A stretch of DNA of 64,000 nucleotides from Candidatus Thorarchaeota archaeon (GTDB taxonomy: Archaea; Asgardarchaeota; Thorarchaeia; Thorarchaeales; Thorarchaeaceae), in assembly GCA_048882045.1 (NCBI GenBank), contig JBHLRZ010000007.1, forward strand, positions 49,935-113,934. The letters run 5' to 3'. Made by a program: the position numbers and the translations under genes. Each line of letters opens with the position of its first letter. Positions within the stretch are counted from its first letter, which is position 1. Below, piece by piece: positions 20,615 to 30,607 of the stretch. The notes under the pieces were generated by a model, which was not told where the DNA came from, made no database searches, and saw only the letters and a program-made list of their open reading frames with translations.

Positions 20615-21535
20615 ATGTGTGGGGAAATGATAATGGTGATTGTTGACGCTCATTGCCATATATGGGAAAAGAAACACCAAGGGTCAGTGTTTATCAAAGA
20701 CTTTCAAAGCCTCGCTAAAATGCGGGGTTGGGATCTAGAACTGATGATGGATGGGACGGCGAACCGCTTAATTTGCGAGATGGATGAGGCCGGAATCGAT
20801 CAAGCGGTAGTCTTGGCGTTAGATACTGAATTTATGACTACGGACGGGGCGACAGCGAAGGAGTACAATGATTACGTCGCTCAACAGCTTCGAGCGTATC
20901 CCGATCGGTTTATTGGGTTCTGTGGGATCGACCCGCGGAGAGGGAAGGGAGCCATCCGCGAGTTGGAGCGCTGTGTCGGGGATCACGGGTTCCGCGGAGT
21001 AAAACTGTGGCCTCTCACCGGGTTCTATCCCGACGATCCTGCATTTTATTCATTTTATGAAAGGGTGGAGGAAATGGGCATCCCGATCCTGTGCCATACA
21101 GGCCGGGGCTCGACTTCCACGTACTTGAAGTATAATCGCCCGGTGTATGTCGACACCATCGCAGTGGATTTTCCCCATATTCCCATTATCATGGCGCACA
21201 TTGGGATCCCATGGACGCAGGAAGCCTTCACCGTGGCTGGGAAAAATCCCAATGTCTATGTTGATCTTTCTTCGGTTCAACCTCTGTTCAAACAAGCGCC
21301 TGTGTCGTTTTTCCAAACCCTTAGCGAGGCGAAAATGACGTGCGGGGTGGAAAAGATTCTGTTTGGGAGCGACTGGCCGATCTTTACGCCACTCTGTCCC
21401 CAACGCGAGTGGGTAGAAGCCATCCAAACCATGGCCCTCCCACCACCCCTTCAAGCAATGGGGTTTCAGGAGTTTACGGAGGCCGAGAAACGTCTGATTC
21501 TCGGAGGTAACGCCAAAAAAGCTTTGGGGATATAG
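20615..21535 (+). CDS. Amidohydrolase_2 family metal-dependent hydrolase
   Basis: DAHCH, GFRGVKL, CHTG, MAHIG, NVYVDLS, LFGSDWP, ILGGNA. Confidence 0.92.
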   Translation: MCGEMIMVIVDAHCHIWEKKHQGSVFIKDFQSLAKMRGWDLELMMDGTANRLICEMDEAGIDQAVVLALDTEFMTTDGATAKEYNDYVAQQLRAYPDRFIGFCGIDPRRGKGAIRELERCVGDHGFRGVKLWPLTGFYPDDPAFYSFYERVEEMGIPILCHTGRGSTSTYLKYNRPVYVDTIAVDFPHIPIIMAHIGIPWTQEAFTVAGKNPNVYVDLSSVQPLFKQAPVSFFQTLSEAKMTCGVEKILFGSDWPIFTPLCPQREWVEAIQTMALPPPLQAMGFQEFTEAEKRLILGGNAKKALGI

Positions 21536-21697
21536 AGTGGGAAGCCAATCACTTTGAACTACCATCAAGGATATGTCGATGGTGATAAAATCAAAAAGGT
21601 TCGAAAAAAGGTGGAGGAGATTCTCAGAGGTCTGATCTAGTAGCAACAAGAACTTAAGGCATCACAGTCATACCGGAAAATTCTGGAGTCACAGGAT

Positions 21698-22480
21698 ATG
21701 AGTCAGCAGAGTGAAGCAGAGTCCAATACTCAAGAGTTGACCAAGTACTTCCAGGAACTACTGGAAGAAGAAGGTGAGCAGGGAGATATTGGAGTCACTA
21801 GCTTTCACATCGTCTTTGATAATTTGTTGGATGTACAGAAGGACAAGCTCCGCGAAACCGCAGGAGATCAATTCGAAAACCTCTATGAATCTGGATCAAT
21901 CATCTGTTTTGCAGTGAGCTACAAAGATCCAGCGATTGACTATATCGATGACAGAGAGAACGGAAAACCAGATTATAAGCTCTGGAACGAGTATGCAATG
22001 GAATATCATAGAATCAATCAGGTTCTCAACAAAATGGCTGAATCAATAGCTTCTCGTTTCGAGGGCATTCCTCTCAAAGCGACCATTGGCGGAGAGATTG
22101 GACATATAGACCATGTCCACGATTATTTCCCAATGGTGGTCTCTCATAGAGTTGTTGCTGAAAACGCTGGTATAGGTTGGCGAGGGAAGAACCAACTTGT
22201 CATTCATGAGAAGTATAGCTGTGCCCTTCGCTTTTCGTCGGTTCTCGTGAACCTACCATTGATACACGGAGAGAAAATGGAATCAAAGTGTGGTGAATGC
22301 ACTGCGTGTGAGGATGTATGTGGATACATCAGGCATCGAGAGAAGCTTCCGGACTATCGGGAGAACTGCAGAAGGTACATTCTGTTCTTGAAGTCAAATG
22401 GGATTGAGAAAGACATCTGTGGTAAGTGCATAAAAGCTTGCTACCGCAAAAGTGACTTCAGCAAACAGTTTTCGCTCTAG
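21698..22480 (+). CDS. QueG/reductive dehalogenase-like 4Fe-4S protein
   Basis: SHRVVAENAGIGWRGKN, CGECTACEDVC, C...CGKCIKAC. Confidence 0.78.
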   Translation: MSQQSEAESNTQELTKYFQELLEEEGEQGDIGVTSFHIVFDNLLDVQKDKLRETAGDQFENLYESGSIICFAVSYKDPAIDYIDDRENGKPDYKLWNEYAMEYHRINQVLNKMAESIASRFEGIPLKATIGGEIGHIDHVHDYFPMVVSHRVVAENAGIGWRGKNQLVIHEKYSCALRFSSVLVNLPLIHGEKMESKCGECTACEDVCGYIRHREKLPDYRENCRRYILFLKSNGIEKDICGKCIKACYRKSDFSKQFSL

Positions 22481-23046
22481 GCGCTGAAGCTTTCCTTCGA
22501 TTCGCTCCACCAAGACCTCCAACTGTCAAACATTCGAATATAATCAGGTTCTTGGAGACCCCCAACGAATGTAGGTCCGGGATTCCCAATTGCCTTTCGG
22601 ATCAAGACAATCTGCCCAACATGACCCAAGTAATGCAGGGCAATTCGTTGAATGCTCTCCTCAAGTGTTTCGTTGATCTCAGGAAACAAAATTTCCGGAT
22701 ACGCGTCGTCATCCAGTGAATCGAGATAAGAGAATCCTTTCTCGGAAACCCCCAGATACTCATCGACGAGTTCATCAAAGGAAAAGGGAGGACTTACTGT
22801 ATCAATCTCCTCCTTTGTCGTCGCATATCGATAGTAGTGCATCACATCTTTTGAAAACAGACGTGTGTCTTGACAGGTCAAACACAGCACCATATGAAAA
22901 TGGACAAAGCAATGTCCAACAATCCAACTGATGCTGTTGAATTCTGGTTGGGGTCGTATGGTTACTTCATCTGGCTGTATGCCTTTGAATGAGTTGAGAA
23001 GGTTTACCTCTGCAGCTCGGAGTAGGTTGATTGCGGATTTCTTCAT
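22477..23046 (-). CDS. DinB superfamily protein
   Basis: NSISWIVGH...HYLGHVGQIVLIRK; ATG at 23046 avoids overlap with the next gene. Confidence 0.8.
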   Translation of the reverse strand: MKKSAINLLRAAEVNLLNSFKGIQPDEVTIRPQPEFNSISWIVGHCFVHFHMVLCLTCQDTRLFSKDVMHYYRYATTKEEIDTVSPPFSFDELVDEYLGVSEKGFSYLDSLDDDAYPEILFPEINETLEESIQRIALHYLGHVGQIVLIRKAIGNPGPTFVGGLQEPDYIRMFDSWRSWWSESKESFSA

Positions 23047-23157
23047 CTCCTTCACGCACTCGATTGATTGGGCATCCCTGAAATAAATCCTGACATCTAA
23101 GAAAAAGCGATGATGTAAAAAGGAAGGATATCTGTGTTCAGAATAAGAGGGAGATAG

Positions 23158-23580
23158 TTGAAGAATCAAACACCATTCGCGCTATGTATCATTGGGGGTC
23201 TGTTTCTTATTGCTGCCGGATACAACCATGGGATAGCCACAATATTCTTGATCTATGCTTTTGTGCATGCAATCGCCGCATTAGCTCCATATTATGTCAT
23301 CATTGATTTTGTATTGCTTCTTTTGGGTGTCATTGCGTGGACTGGCGGTTATGCGGTCATTCTCGGAGGATACCTTCTCACAACCTCACATGTCAGAATG
23401 GGCAAGTTCATTATCGCAATAGCTGCAGGATTTGGACTCATCAGCTTCATCCTGACGATAGTGTGGGTGTATCTTGCCTTTGGAATCACTGGACTCCTTG
23501 TTCTCACATGGTTGATCATGAACTCAATCTGGGCGATAGGACTGATTCTGACGATAATTGCGAGAAGCACCGCGAAATGA
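23158..23580 (+). CDS. Small hydrophobic membrane protein
   Basis: Almost entirely TM segments; gagg element upstream. Confidence 0.7.
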   Translation: MKNQTPFALCIIGGLFLIAAGYNHGIATIFLIYAFVHAIAALAPYYVIIDFVLLLLGVIAWTGGYAVILGGYLLTTSHVRMGKFIIAIAAGFGLISFILTIVWVYLAFGITGLLVLTWLIMNSIWAIGLILTIIARSTAK

Positions 23581-23635
23581 CTTTGCAATCATTTTTCAGA
23601 TGGCTTGTTTGCGATATATGGGAGAGGTTTCACAT

Positions 23636-23956
23636 ATGAGTTTGCAAAACAAGTTCGAAGAGGAGATGAAGGACATCTGCGAGGAGTACGCCAACTTACT
23701 CAGACAGAAGAAACTCGTTGAACAACAACTTGATACATTGCATGACTATCTTGAGGTGACTATGCGAAAATATGACAAGGACGAATATGACGATCCCAAT
23801 GTCCCTGTAAAGGTTGACAAGATAGTCTATACAAGTGAGCGAATGAGAAAGGGTGCTAAGGACAAACTCAAAAAGATGCTTAGTGAAAAACAGTGGTCCG
23901 AGATCTACAGAGAGAAAGAAGTCACAGCATATCGAGTGACCCCTCGGGAAGACTGA
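23636..23956 (+). CDS. Hypothetical coiled-coil protein
   Basis: gaggt upstream of ATG 23636; charged heptad N-terminal half. Confidence 0.6.
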   Translation: MSLQNKFEEEMKDICEEYANLLRQKKLVEQQLDTLHDYLEVTMRKYDKDEYDDPNVPVKVDKIVYTSERMRKGAKDKLKKMLSEKQWSEIYREKEVTAYRVTPRED

Positions 23957-23999
23957 TTGCTTCTAATTGCCGCTGAGTTGTACCATTTCAGAGGAAAAT

Positions 24000-26231
24000 C
24001 TAACTGTCACCACTACGAAGAAGGATTGTGAACAACCTACCGTCACATTTCCCAACACGACTGTATTGTTCCATTTCGAATTCACCATTCAATGAAGTTG
24101 TCATCAGTTCTGCGGCAGTCAGGTTTAGAGTTCCACTGCCGTAATCGTCTTCTTCATCGATGGATTTCCCAGGAGCTAATATTGTTATCTGCCAGTAGGC
24201 CTCATTTGCTTTTCGAATGGATTCGAGGTCAATCGTAACAACCTCACCACGTAGTCTGCACTCCAACGCACTGTATAGGATGTTCAAGAAGATGTGTACC
24301 AACAAATCATTAGCCATCACGATAGCTTGACTGGTTTCAGGTTTGAACTCAACCTTAAGCTCGTCCGTACCAACTCTCTGGGTGAAGGTATCGAGTGCAG
24401 ACACAATCGTTGACACAATGTTGGTTGGTTCCAATCGAGTGGTATCAAGCTGGTCTGTTTCACTGAGTAGACGTACATTAGAAATCAATTGTTCCGAAAA
24501 TGAGATAGCTGAGAAACCATCATCCGCTAATCTTTTTCTCTGTTCGTTTGACAAATCCTCAGAGCCTAGTAGCTCTAGTGTTGTCATTACCATCTGGTTG
24601 TAATTTGAAATATCGTGCATCAATATATCAGCATATAATCCTGCTCGTTTGTGGGATTCTTGTTCATCACGAATAGCTCTGACATAGAGCCAGATCAAGA
24701 GTGGTGGTCCAATCAATAGTCCGACGAAGAGGAGAATTTCTGAAATCCACCATGCAGTTCTCCAAGTTTCATTGTAACTCTTCAATATATTTGGCAAAAT
24801 CCACAAGCCTAAGTAGAATGCAACGACCATCTCCACAGGAGGTTTTCCTCTCGAATTCTCAGCTAGGAGAAAGATGAGATACGTAAGGGCGAACATGATC
24901 ACAAGATTCAATCCAAGAAGTACTATCGCACCATACGGGCTGTACACTAGACCAGGTTCCGTGTTCAATACGATTTGATTTAGAAGCTCCCCAAGAACTA
25001 CTAGTATCACAAAGAAAACTGTATGTACAGTATAATTAAGAAGTGAAGGACTTTCACGTCGGGGTCGAGGTTTCACAGTCCATCGAACAGTTATAATCAG
25101 TAAGGCCAGAGTAATTGCACTGCCAACAATTATAGGAGTCGTCAACTCACCACGAAGAGAAGGAATAGGGAATGCAATTGCCAGTAGAATGGAGAGAAAT
25201 CCCCAGAGAATGAATATCAGAATTAGAGGGACGTGATTCCATATTGGTTTTCGCTTGGGATAAAGATACAGCAATATCGCCAACATCAAAGAAAGAGATG
25301 CGGCTCCGACGTGGATTATTGAATATGCCAGGAAATTAGATGATTCAATAATGAGATTGAGATTCATCGTTTCAAGCAGGATTGTAAGCATGAAGGGGAG
25401 ATATGCCATAAGAATAAGCCCGATAACAATACCATAGGCGATACCACGGTGATAGCCTGATCTTCTGAGGAATGGAACTCCAAACGCCACACAAAGCAAA
25501 AGGAAAGCCGCCATCTGAAGTGTTTCAGCATATTCCCAGTTCATAGATGGATCAGCGATATTCAGTATTGTACTAACTGAGGCTACTAAAAGAAGAAGAA
25601 CTGCACTGACCATATATCCTATGTTGACCGGGAAGAACTCCTTAGTGATTCGTGGAATCAGGAGAGCCGCGATGACGAAGCTGACAACAGAGATCCCTCC
25701 AAGCACCCAGCACATGTAAACGAGAACTTCTTGACTGAGCAAATGCAATGAATATTGCACGATTCCGTAAAATGCAGAGGGAATAACGACAGCAAGAGAA
25801 AAGAAGAATCGTTTTGGGATTCTCTGTTCCTCCGTTGAGAGTCTTTTCAATACACAAAGACTCGCACCAACAATCAGAACTCCGAAGATTGCAAACTCAA
25901 GTAAATCACCAACAGTATTCTCCAGAGTCCGGATGATATCGATATTATTTGGGAGGGACCTGTTCTGTATCGCACTCCCAATATGCAAGATGATCGAGAA
26001 TACCAGTGCAGAAAGGATGAGTATATTCGAACGGTGCGGTTTCCGTTGATATGCTAAAACGAGTAAAGCAGCAGCTATAGATATCCAGAACGCTTGAAGA
26101 GTGTGAACTGCTATTCTCGTAGATGGTCTATATGAAACGAGACCACCAGGACCAACCGCAAAGAAAGCTGCGAAGACTGCAAGTGGGACTAATACGAGAA
26201 CCTTCACTGCATCTCTTCTCAGTCCTTGCAT
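24000..26231 (-). CDS. Polytopic membrane sensor with histidine-kinase-like C-terminus (degenerate ATP-binding boxes)
   Basis: About 14-15 TM segments, H-box HDISNYNQ, N-box remnant IFLNILYSAL, no DxGxG. Confidence 0.75.
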   Translation of the reverse strand: MQGLRRDAVKVLVLVPLAVFAAFFAVGPGGLVSYRPSTRIAVHTLQAFWISIAAALLVLAYQRKPHRSNILILSALVFSIILHIGSAIQNRSLPNNIDIIRTLENTVGDLLEFAIFGVLIVGASLCVLKRLSTEEQRIPKRFFFSLAVVIPSAFYGIVQYSLHLLSQEVLVYMCWVLGGISVVSFVIAALLIPRITKEFFPVNIGYMVSAVLLLLVASVSTILNIADPSMNWEYAETLQMAAFLLLCVAFGVPFLRRSGYHRGIAYGIVIGLILMAYLPFMLTILLETMNLNLIIESSNFLAYSIIHVGAASLSLMLAILLYLYPKRKPIWNHVPLILIFILWGFLSILLAIAFPIPSLRGELTTPIIVGSAITLALLIITVRWTVKPRPRRESPSLLNYTVHTVFFVILVVLGELLNQIVLNTEPGLVYSPYGAIVLLGLNLVIMFALTYLIFLLAENSRGKPPVEMVVAFYLGLWILPNILKSYNETWRTAWWISEILLFVGLLIGPPLLIWLYVRAIRDEQESHKRAGLYADILMHDISNYNQMVMTTLELLGSEDLSNEQRKRLADDGFSAISFSEQLISNVRLLSETDQLDTTRLEPTNIVSTIVSALDTFTQRVGTDELKVEFKPETSQAIVMANDLLVHIFLNILYSALECRLRGEVVTIDLESIRKANEAYWQITILAPGKSIDEEDDYGSGTLNLTAAELMTTSLNGEFEMEQYSRVGKCDGRLFTILLRSGDS

Positions 26232-26287
26232 TGTTACTCAATTCCAAGGCTTATTTAAACGCAGATTACGTGAAAAGCGTTTCTTGG

Positions 26288-27526
26288 TCATAATGTTGAT
26301 TCTGTAGCGATTTGTCGATAAAGAATTGATAGAAAGACTGTGAGAACAATAGAAATTGTCAACAGCCCCAGATAGACTGTATTCATCCCCAACATGAACA
26401 AGGGTTCGAATGCTGAAGGCACGATAGCAACGCCAAAGAATGATGCAGATGTGACAATCCCTGCAAGGACACCACGTCGTTCAGGTGAGATCACCTGACC
26501 AATCGTGATCATAAGTGGGAACAAGACACCTCCTGCCCATCCTACTAGAGCTAGACTGATCCCCACAAGTAGAATCGAACTACCCGCCGTAATGTCTATC
26601 AGCAGGAGAGTAATGATAGACATGAAGAGAGTCACCAATCCAATGACAATTGAGATACCATATCCTATAGATTTAACCATTCTACCTAACACCCCTCCAG
26701 CTGCTGCACCACAGATACCAGCGAACAGCAACAAAAGTCCGAGTAGTGTTGGATCCATGACTTCTGTCAGTCCACGAGAAGTCCATACCATTGTCCCAAG
26801 GTATGTCAGTGTGATGAAGAATGTGCTAGCCAGCATAAGGAGGACTAGAGGTTTTCTCAGCTCAATACGGAGGTTATTGATCAGAGCTTTGACACCAGTT
26901 TCGCCTTCTATTCTTCTCTCCGGACTCTTGGCCTTCAGAATTGCTATCAAACCAAAGAACATGATCACAAGGACTAGTAAGTAATGATATTGCCAACCGA
27001 TGGTAGCTATTTGTCCTGCAACGAATGGGCCTAATCCAACACCAAGTGATGCTAGACCAGAAGCGATACCCATTCTCTTCGGAATGTCATTTGGAGCTGC
27101 GCAGTCTGATAGTAAAGCCAGAATGACTGGATTGACGAATCCAAAACCAATCCCTGCTACAAGATTTCCCAAAGCGAAAATCTCTATTGAAGTTGCAAAA
27201 GAGATCAGAAAAAGTCCTGCGATGAAACCAACAAGCCCTCCTGCTATCACCTTGGTCCTTCCATAGATGTCTGATATAGCTCCAGCAAACAACTGAAAGG
27301 TCGCAAATGGAATCATGAACGCAGGAAGTGCAATCAAGACTGCAGTTGCGTTCACTGAAAAATCAGAGGAAATAGCTTCGAGAAGAGTCAATACAGCATT
27401 TCCTACAAAGGGTCCTAATCCAAACAGGATATAGGAAGTGGTTTCTATGAACCTGAAAGACTTGGGAGTTTTAGATGGTTCTACTGTTTGCCCATTCATT
27501 AGTTTCTGACCACGTTTGAAATTCAT
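26288..27526 (-). CDS. MFS transporter
   Basis: Motif A GAISDIYGR, about 12 TM, GVGLGPFVAG. Confidence 0.9.
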   Translation of the reverse strand: MNFKRGQKLMNGQTVEPSKTPKSFRFIETTSYILFGLGPFVGNAVLTLLEAISSDFSVNATAVLIALPAFMIPFATFQLFAGAISDIYGRTKVIAGGLVGFIAGLFLISFATSIEIFALGNLVAGIGFGFVNPVILALLSDCAAPNDIPKRMGIASGLASLGVGLGPFVAGQIATIGWQYHYLLVLVIMFFGLIAILKAKSPERRIEGETGVKALINNLRIELRKPLVLLMLASTFFITLTYLGTMVWTSRGLTEVMDPTLLGLLLLFAGICGAAAGGVLGRMVKSIGYGISIVIGLVTLFMSIITLLLIDITAGSSILLVGISLALVGWAGGVLFPLMITIGQVISPERRGVLAGIVTSASFFGVAIVPSAFEPLFMLGMNTVYLGLLTISIVLTVFLSILYRQIATESTL

Positions 27527-27675
27527 TAACCATAGTTAAATACTTGGGTCTGCATAAGACCGAATAGCCTATCAGTAGGCTTTTCCAATGCACTCAATTG
27601 CGTGTGAGAGGTGTATCCTATTCTGCATGTAAGTGCTCATTTCGTATTCATAGCGTTCATTCTCTCAGGGCAGTC

Positions 27676-27936
27676 CTATTCTTCTAGCAGCCTGTTGATT
27701 TCGTCTACTTTCATCTCAAGTCCTGATAATCTCTCTCCCAGGTTCTCCATCTTTGCCCTCATCTCAGCTCCCATTTCTCCTCCCGGATCTTGTTTCATAA
27801 TAGTTCCAGTGAGGACAAGGGTCAATACGATGACTGGTATGGAAAATCCAGCATAATCCCCGAAATAGCTAAGGACACCGATGATGATAGCACTTCCTAT
27901 CCAGACACCAGCTATCGCTGTTCCTCTATAATCCAT
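27676..27936 (-). CDS. Small 2-TM protein with C-terminal coiled coil, coupled to the ArsR gene
   Basis: Two TM segments then LGERLSGLEMKVDEINRLLEE; overlaps the regulator stop. Confidence 0.7.
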   Translation of the reverse strand: MDYRGTAIAGVWIGSAIIIGVLSYFGDYAGFSIPVIVLTLVLTGTIMKQDPGGEMGAEMRAKMENLGERLSGLEMKVDEINRLLEE

Positions 27937-28240
27937 TCATTTCTTTTCTCCTTTTTAATTCACTAGGTGATATTTCGATGTGGAATTCCTTCAGCTTGTA
28001 GTATCTCAGGGCTCTGGCTTCGTCTTCTAGAAGTACGGTTCTTGTTTCGACTAGATCTGCTTTGTGGAGTTTGTTAAGGTGAACCTTGGCGAGTGCTCTG
28101 CTTATACCGACCTCCTTAGCTATTTCGCTGAGATATTTCTCACCATCTATCAGGGAGGCGAGTATCTTGAGTCGATGCTCGTGTCCCAACGCTCTCAGCT
28201 TTTCTATGAGGTCTGTGTATTCCACATTCTTCACCGACAA
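27926..28240 (-). CDS. ArsR-family winged-helix regulator
   Basis: ALGHEHRLKIL...YLSEIAKEVGISRALAKVHLNKL...RYY. Confidence 0.88.
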   Translation of the reverse strand: MSVKNVEYTDLIEKLRALGHEHRLKILASLIDGEKYLSEIAKEVGISRALAKVHLNKLHKADLVETRTVLLEDEARALRYYKLKEFHIEISPSELKRRKEMNGL

Positions 28241-28269
28241 TTACATGTAATTAAAATATTACATATAAG
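28239..28269. promoter_or_regulatory. Putative ArsR autoregulatory operator
   Basis: Perfect 14-bp palindrome AATTACATGTAATT (28239-28252) at the start codon plus near copy ATTACATATAAG (28258-28269). Confidence 0.55.
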
Positions 28270-28445
28270 TGTCATTAACTCAGCAATGGATTCCTTCTTC
28301 AAGGCAACAGTAGTCTTCTAACTTGGAGTTAATTCCCAGGGCTACAATCTATCCATATGATCGATAGGAAGGATTAAATAATACACAATTGTTAAGATTG
28401 GGACCGCTTTTGAGCGGTTGAAATAAGGAGAGTAAGAGAAAATAG

Positions 28446-30380
28446 ATGATTTCAGCAAAAGCTAGGAAAGCATCAACAACTCTGGGAATAGTTTTAGTCA
28501 TCCTCCTGCCCTTGAGCGCACAGCTTGTTGCTGTTCAGGCAGCACCACCAGTGCCGATTGGGCTTCTTGATCCAACAACGATTCCCAAGTTTGTAAATCA
28601 ATTGAACGGACCTCCGCCTGTCTATGAAACGACAGATGTTCTGGATTCAAGCGGAAACCTAGTAAAACAGACAGCGATAGTGGATATGACTGAATTTTAT
28701 CAACAAGTTTTGCCTTTGCCTTTTCCTCAGACACCAGTCTGGGGTTATGGAGGCCTAGCGCATGATGCGCTTACAGGCAATTTCTTGGGATATGTGCATA
28801 ATCAACCAGGACCAACATTCGAGGCAATTCGTGGTATTCCAATAGAAGTTGAATACCAAAACAAAATCGTTTCACCTCATATGTTTCCAGTAGACCCTAC
28901 ATTGCACTGGGCCAATCCAAACAATGTTCCCATGGGCACCTATGTGCCTCCATTTACGCCATATCCTCCAGGGTATACCGAAGCCCAATCGCCTGTGCCT
29001 TTAGTTCCTCATCTTCATGGAGGTGAGGTACAGTCAACTTCAGATGGTCATCCGGAGGCATGGTTCACAGCCTCAGGTATTCATGGACCAGAATATAATA
29101 CAGAAAGCCCAACAGCCGACTCATCAGCAATCTTCAACTATCCCAACGCGCAGCCTGCGACAACCCTTTGGTATCATGATCATGCTCTTGGAATCACGAG
29201 AATTAATGTAATGTCCGGTCTTGCAGGGTTCTATCTCCTCCGCGACCCAAATGATGCCATTGCACCATTACTTCCTGCAGGGAAATATGAAATGCCACTG
29301 GTGCTTCAAGATCGAACTTTCAATGCAGACGGCAGTTTCTGGTTCCCAGAAGTCGGTGTGGATCCTAATGTGCATCCATACTGGCAACCTGAATTCTTTG
29401 GCAATGTAATTATGGTTAACGGACTGGCATGGCCTAACATGAATGTAGACCAAGGACAATATCGGTTCCGCCTTCTAGATGGATCCAATGCGCGTTTCTA
29501 CACACTCAAATTTTGGGTTCCCTCTTTGGACCTATTCCTACCATTCACTCAGATTGGAAGTGATGGAGGATATCTTCAGACTGCAGCAGCACTGACCGAG
29601 TTGACAATTGCTCCGGGTGAACGAGCAGATGTTCTTGTTGATTTCTCGGGATTACCCACAGGGACCAAAGTGATTTTGAAAAACACTGCAAAGACTCCTT
29701 TTCCCAAAGGAACTCCAGCAGATCCTAAAACAGTTGGTCAATGCATGCAATTTACTGTAGGTCCTAGCCCAGGTCCAGCTCCCGCGGTCCTACCTCCATT
29801 ATTGAATCCTACCCTTTCAGGAGTTTATCCTACCCTGCCACTCACCAATTTACAGCGCACACTTGCATTATTTGAAGTGATGGGACCTTTAGGTCCATTA
29901 ATGGTCACTTTAAATGGACAGCTATGGTCTGGAGTTATTACCGAAACTCCTACTTTAGGGACGACGGAAGAGTGGGTAATTGTGAATCCAACAGCGGATG
30001 CACACCCCATACACCTACACTTGACGCAATTCCAAGTGATTAGCCGGCAAAACATGCAAACTGCTAAATACGCTGCGGATTGGATGGCTCTAAATGGTAT
30101 GCCACCGTTGCCTGAAGATGCGGTGCCCACGGAAATTCCAATTGGACCATACCTCAATGGCCAACCTTATGCACCACCATTGAATGAGCAAGGATGGAAA
30201 GACACAATACAAGTGTATCCAGGTCAGGTAACAATTATTCGCGTCAGGTTCGCACCCATTGATGGGAGCCCTGCTTATCCGTTTGATGCGACATCTGGAC
30301 CCGGGTATGTTTGGCATTGCCATATCCTAGACCATGAAGACAATGAGATGATGCGGCCATACATCGTCATAAATCCCTAA
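28446..30380 (+). CDS. Secreted multicopper oxidase (CotA/bilirubin oxidase-like)
   Basis: Signal peptide; HLHG, WYHDH, HPIHLH, WHCHILDHEDNEMM copper motifs. Confidence 0.95.
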   Translation: MISAKARKASTTLGIVLVILLPLSAQLVAVQAAPPVPIGLLDPTTIPKFVNQLNGPPPVYETTDVLDSSGNLVKQTAIVDMTEFYQQVLPLPFPQTPVWGYGGLAHDALTGNFLGYVHNQPGPTFEAIRGIPIEVEYQNKIVSPHMFPVDPTLHWANPNNVPMGTYVPPFTPYPPGYTEAQSPVPLVPHLHGGEVQSTSDGHPEAWFTASGIHGPEYNTESPTADSSAIFNYPNAQPATTLWYHDHALGITRINVMSGLAGFYLLRDPNDAIAPLLPAGKYEMPLVLQDRTFNADGSFWFPEVGVDPNVHPYWQPEFFGNVIMVNGLAWPNMNVDQGQYRFRLLDGSNARFYTLKFWVPSLDLFLPFTQIGSDGGYLQTAAALTELTIAPGERADVLVDFSGLPTGTKVILKNTAKTPFPKGTPADPKTVGQCMQFTVGPSPGPAPAVLPPLLNPTLSGVYPTLPLTNLQRTLALFEVMGPLGPLMVTLNGQLWSGVITETPTLGTTEEWVIVNPTADAHPIHLHLTQFQVISRQNMQTAKYAADWMALNGMPPLPEDAVPTEIPIGPYLNGQPYAPPLNEQGWKDTIQVYPGQVTIIRVRFAPIDGSPAYPFDATSGPGYVWHCHILDHEDNEMMRPYIVINP

Positions 30381-30403
30381 CATCACCTTTCTTTTTAGCT
30401 GGA

Positions 30404-30440
30404 GTGGAGGGGAGATTAAACCCCTCCAATCTTTTCTTTA
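30404..30440 (+). terminator. Hairpin plus T-tract after the multicopper oxidase
   Basis: TGGAGGGG-agattaaa-CCCCTCCA followed by atcttttcttt. Confidence 0.55.
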
Positions 30441-30607
30441 TACAATTCGAAGATTGATGCCTTTTCCCTCTTGAGGAACCGGAGCCTTTCTCTGAGGAGA
30501 AACAGTTTGTAGAGATGGAAAATCTCTAGTGCCCACAAACGGGGGTACCAACGAGCTTATCTGAAACCTCTACATTTGTCATCCGTTCAGTGTAAGAGGT
30601 TAGGAGT

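Noticed and set aside
21050-21649. 199-aa minus-strand ORF
   Set aside because: Shadow of the amidohydrolase gene
21698-22480. Calling this gene queG or a reductive dehalogenase outright
   Set aside because: Only family-level motifs are visible; substrate cannot be assigned
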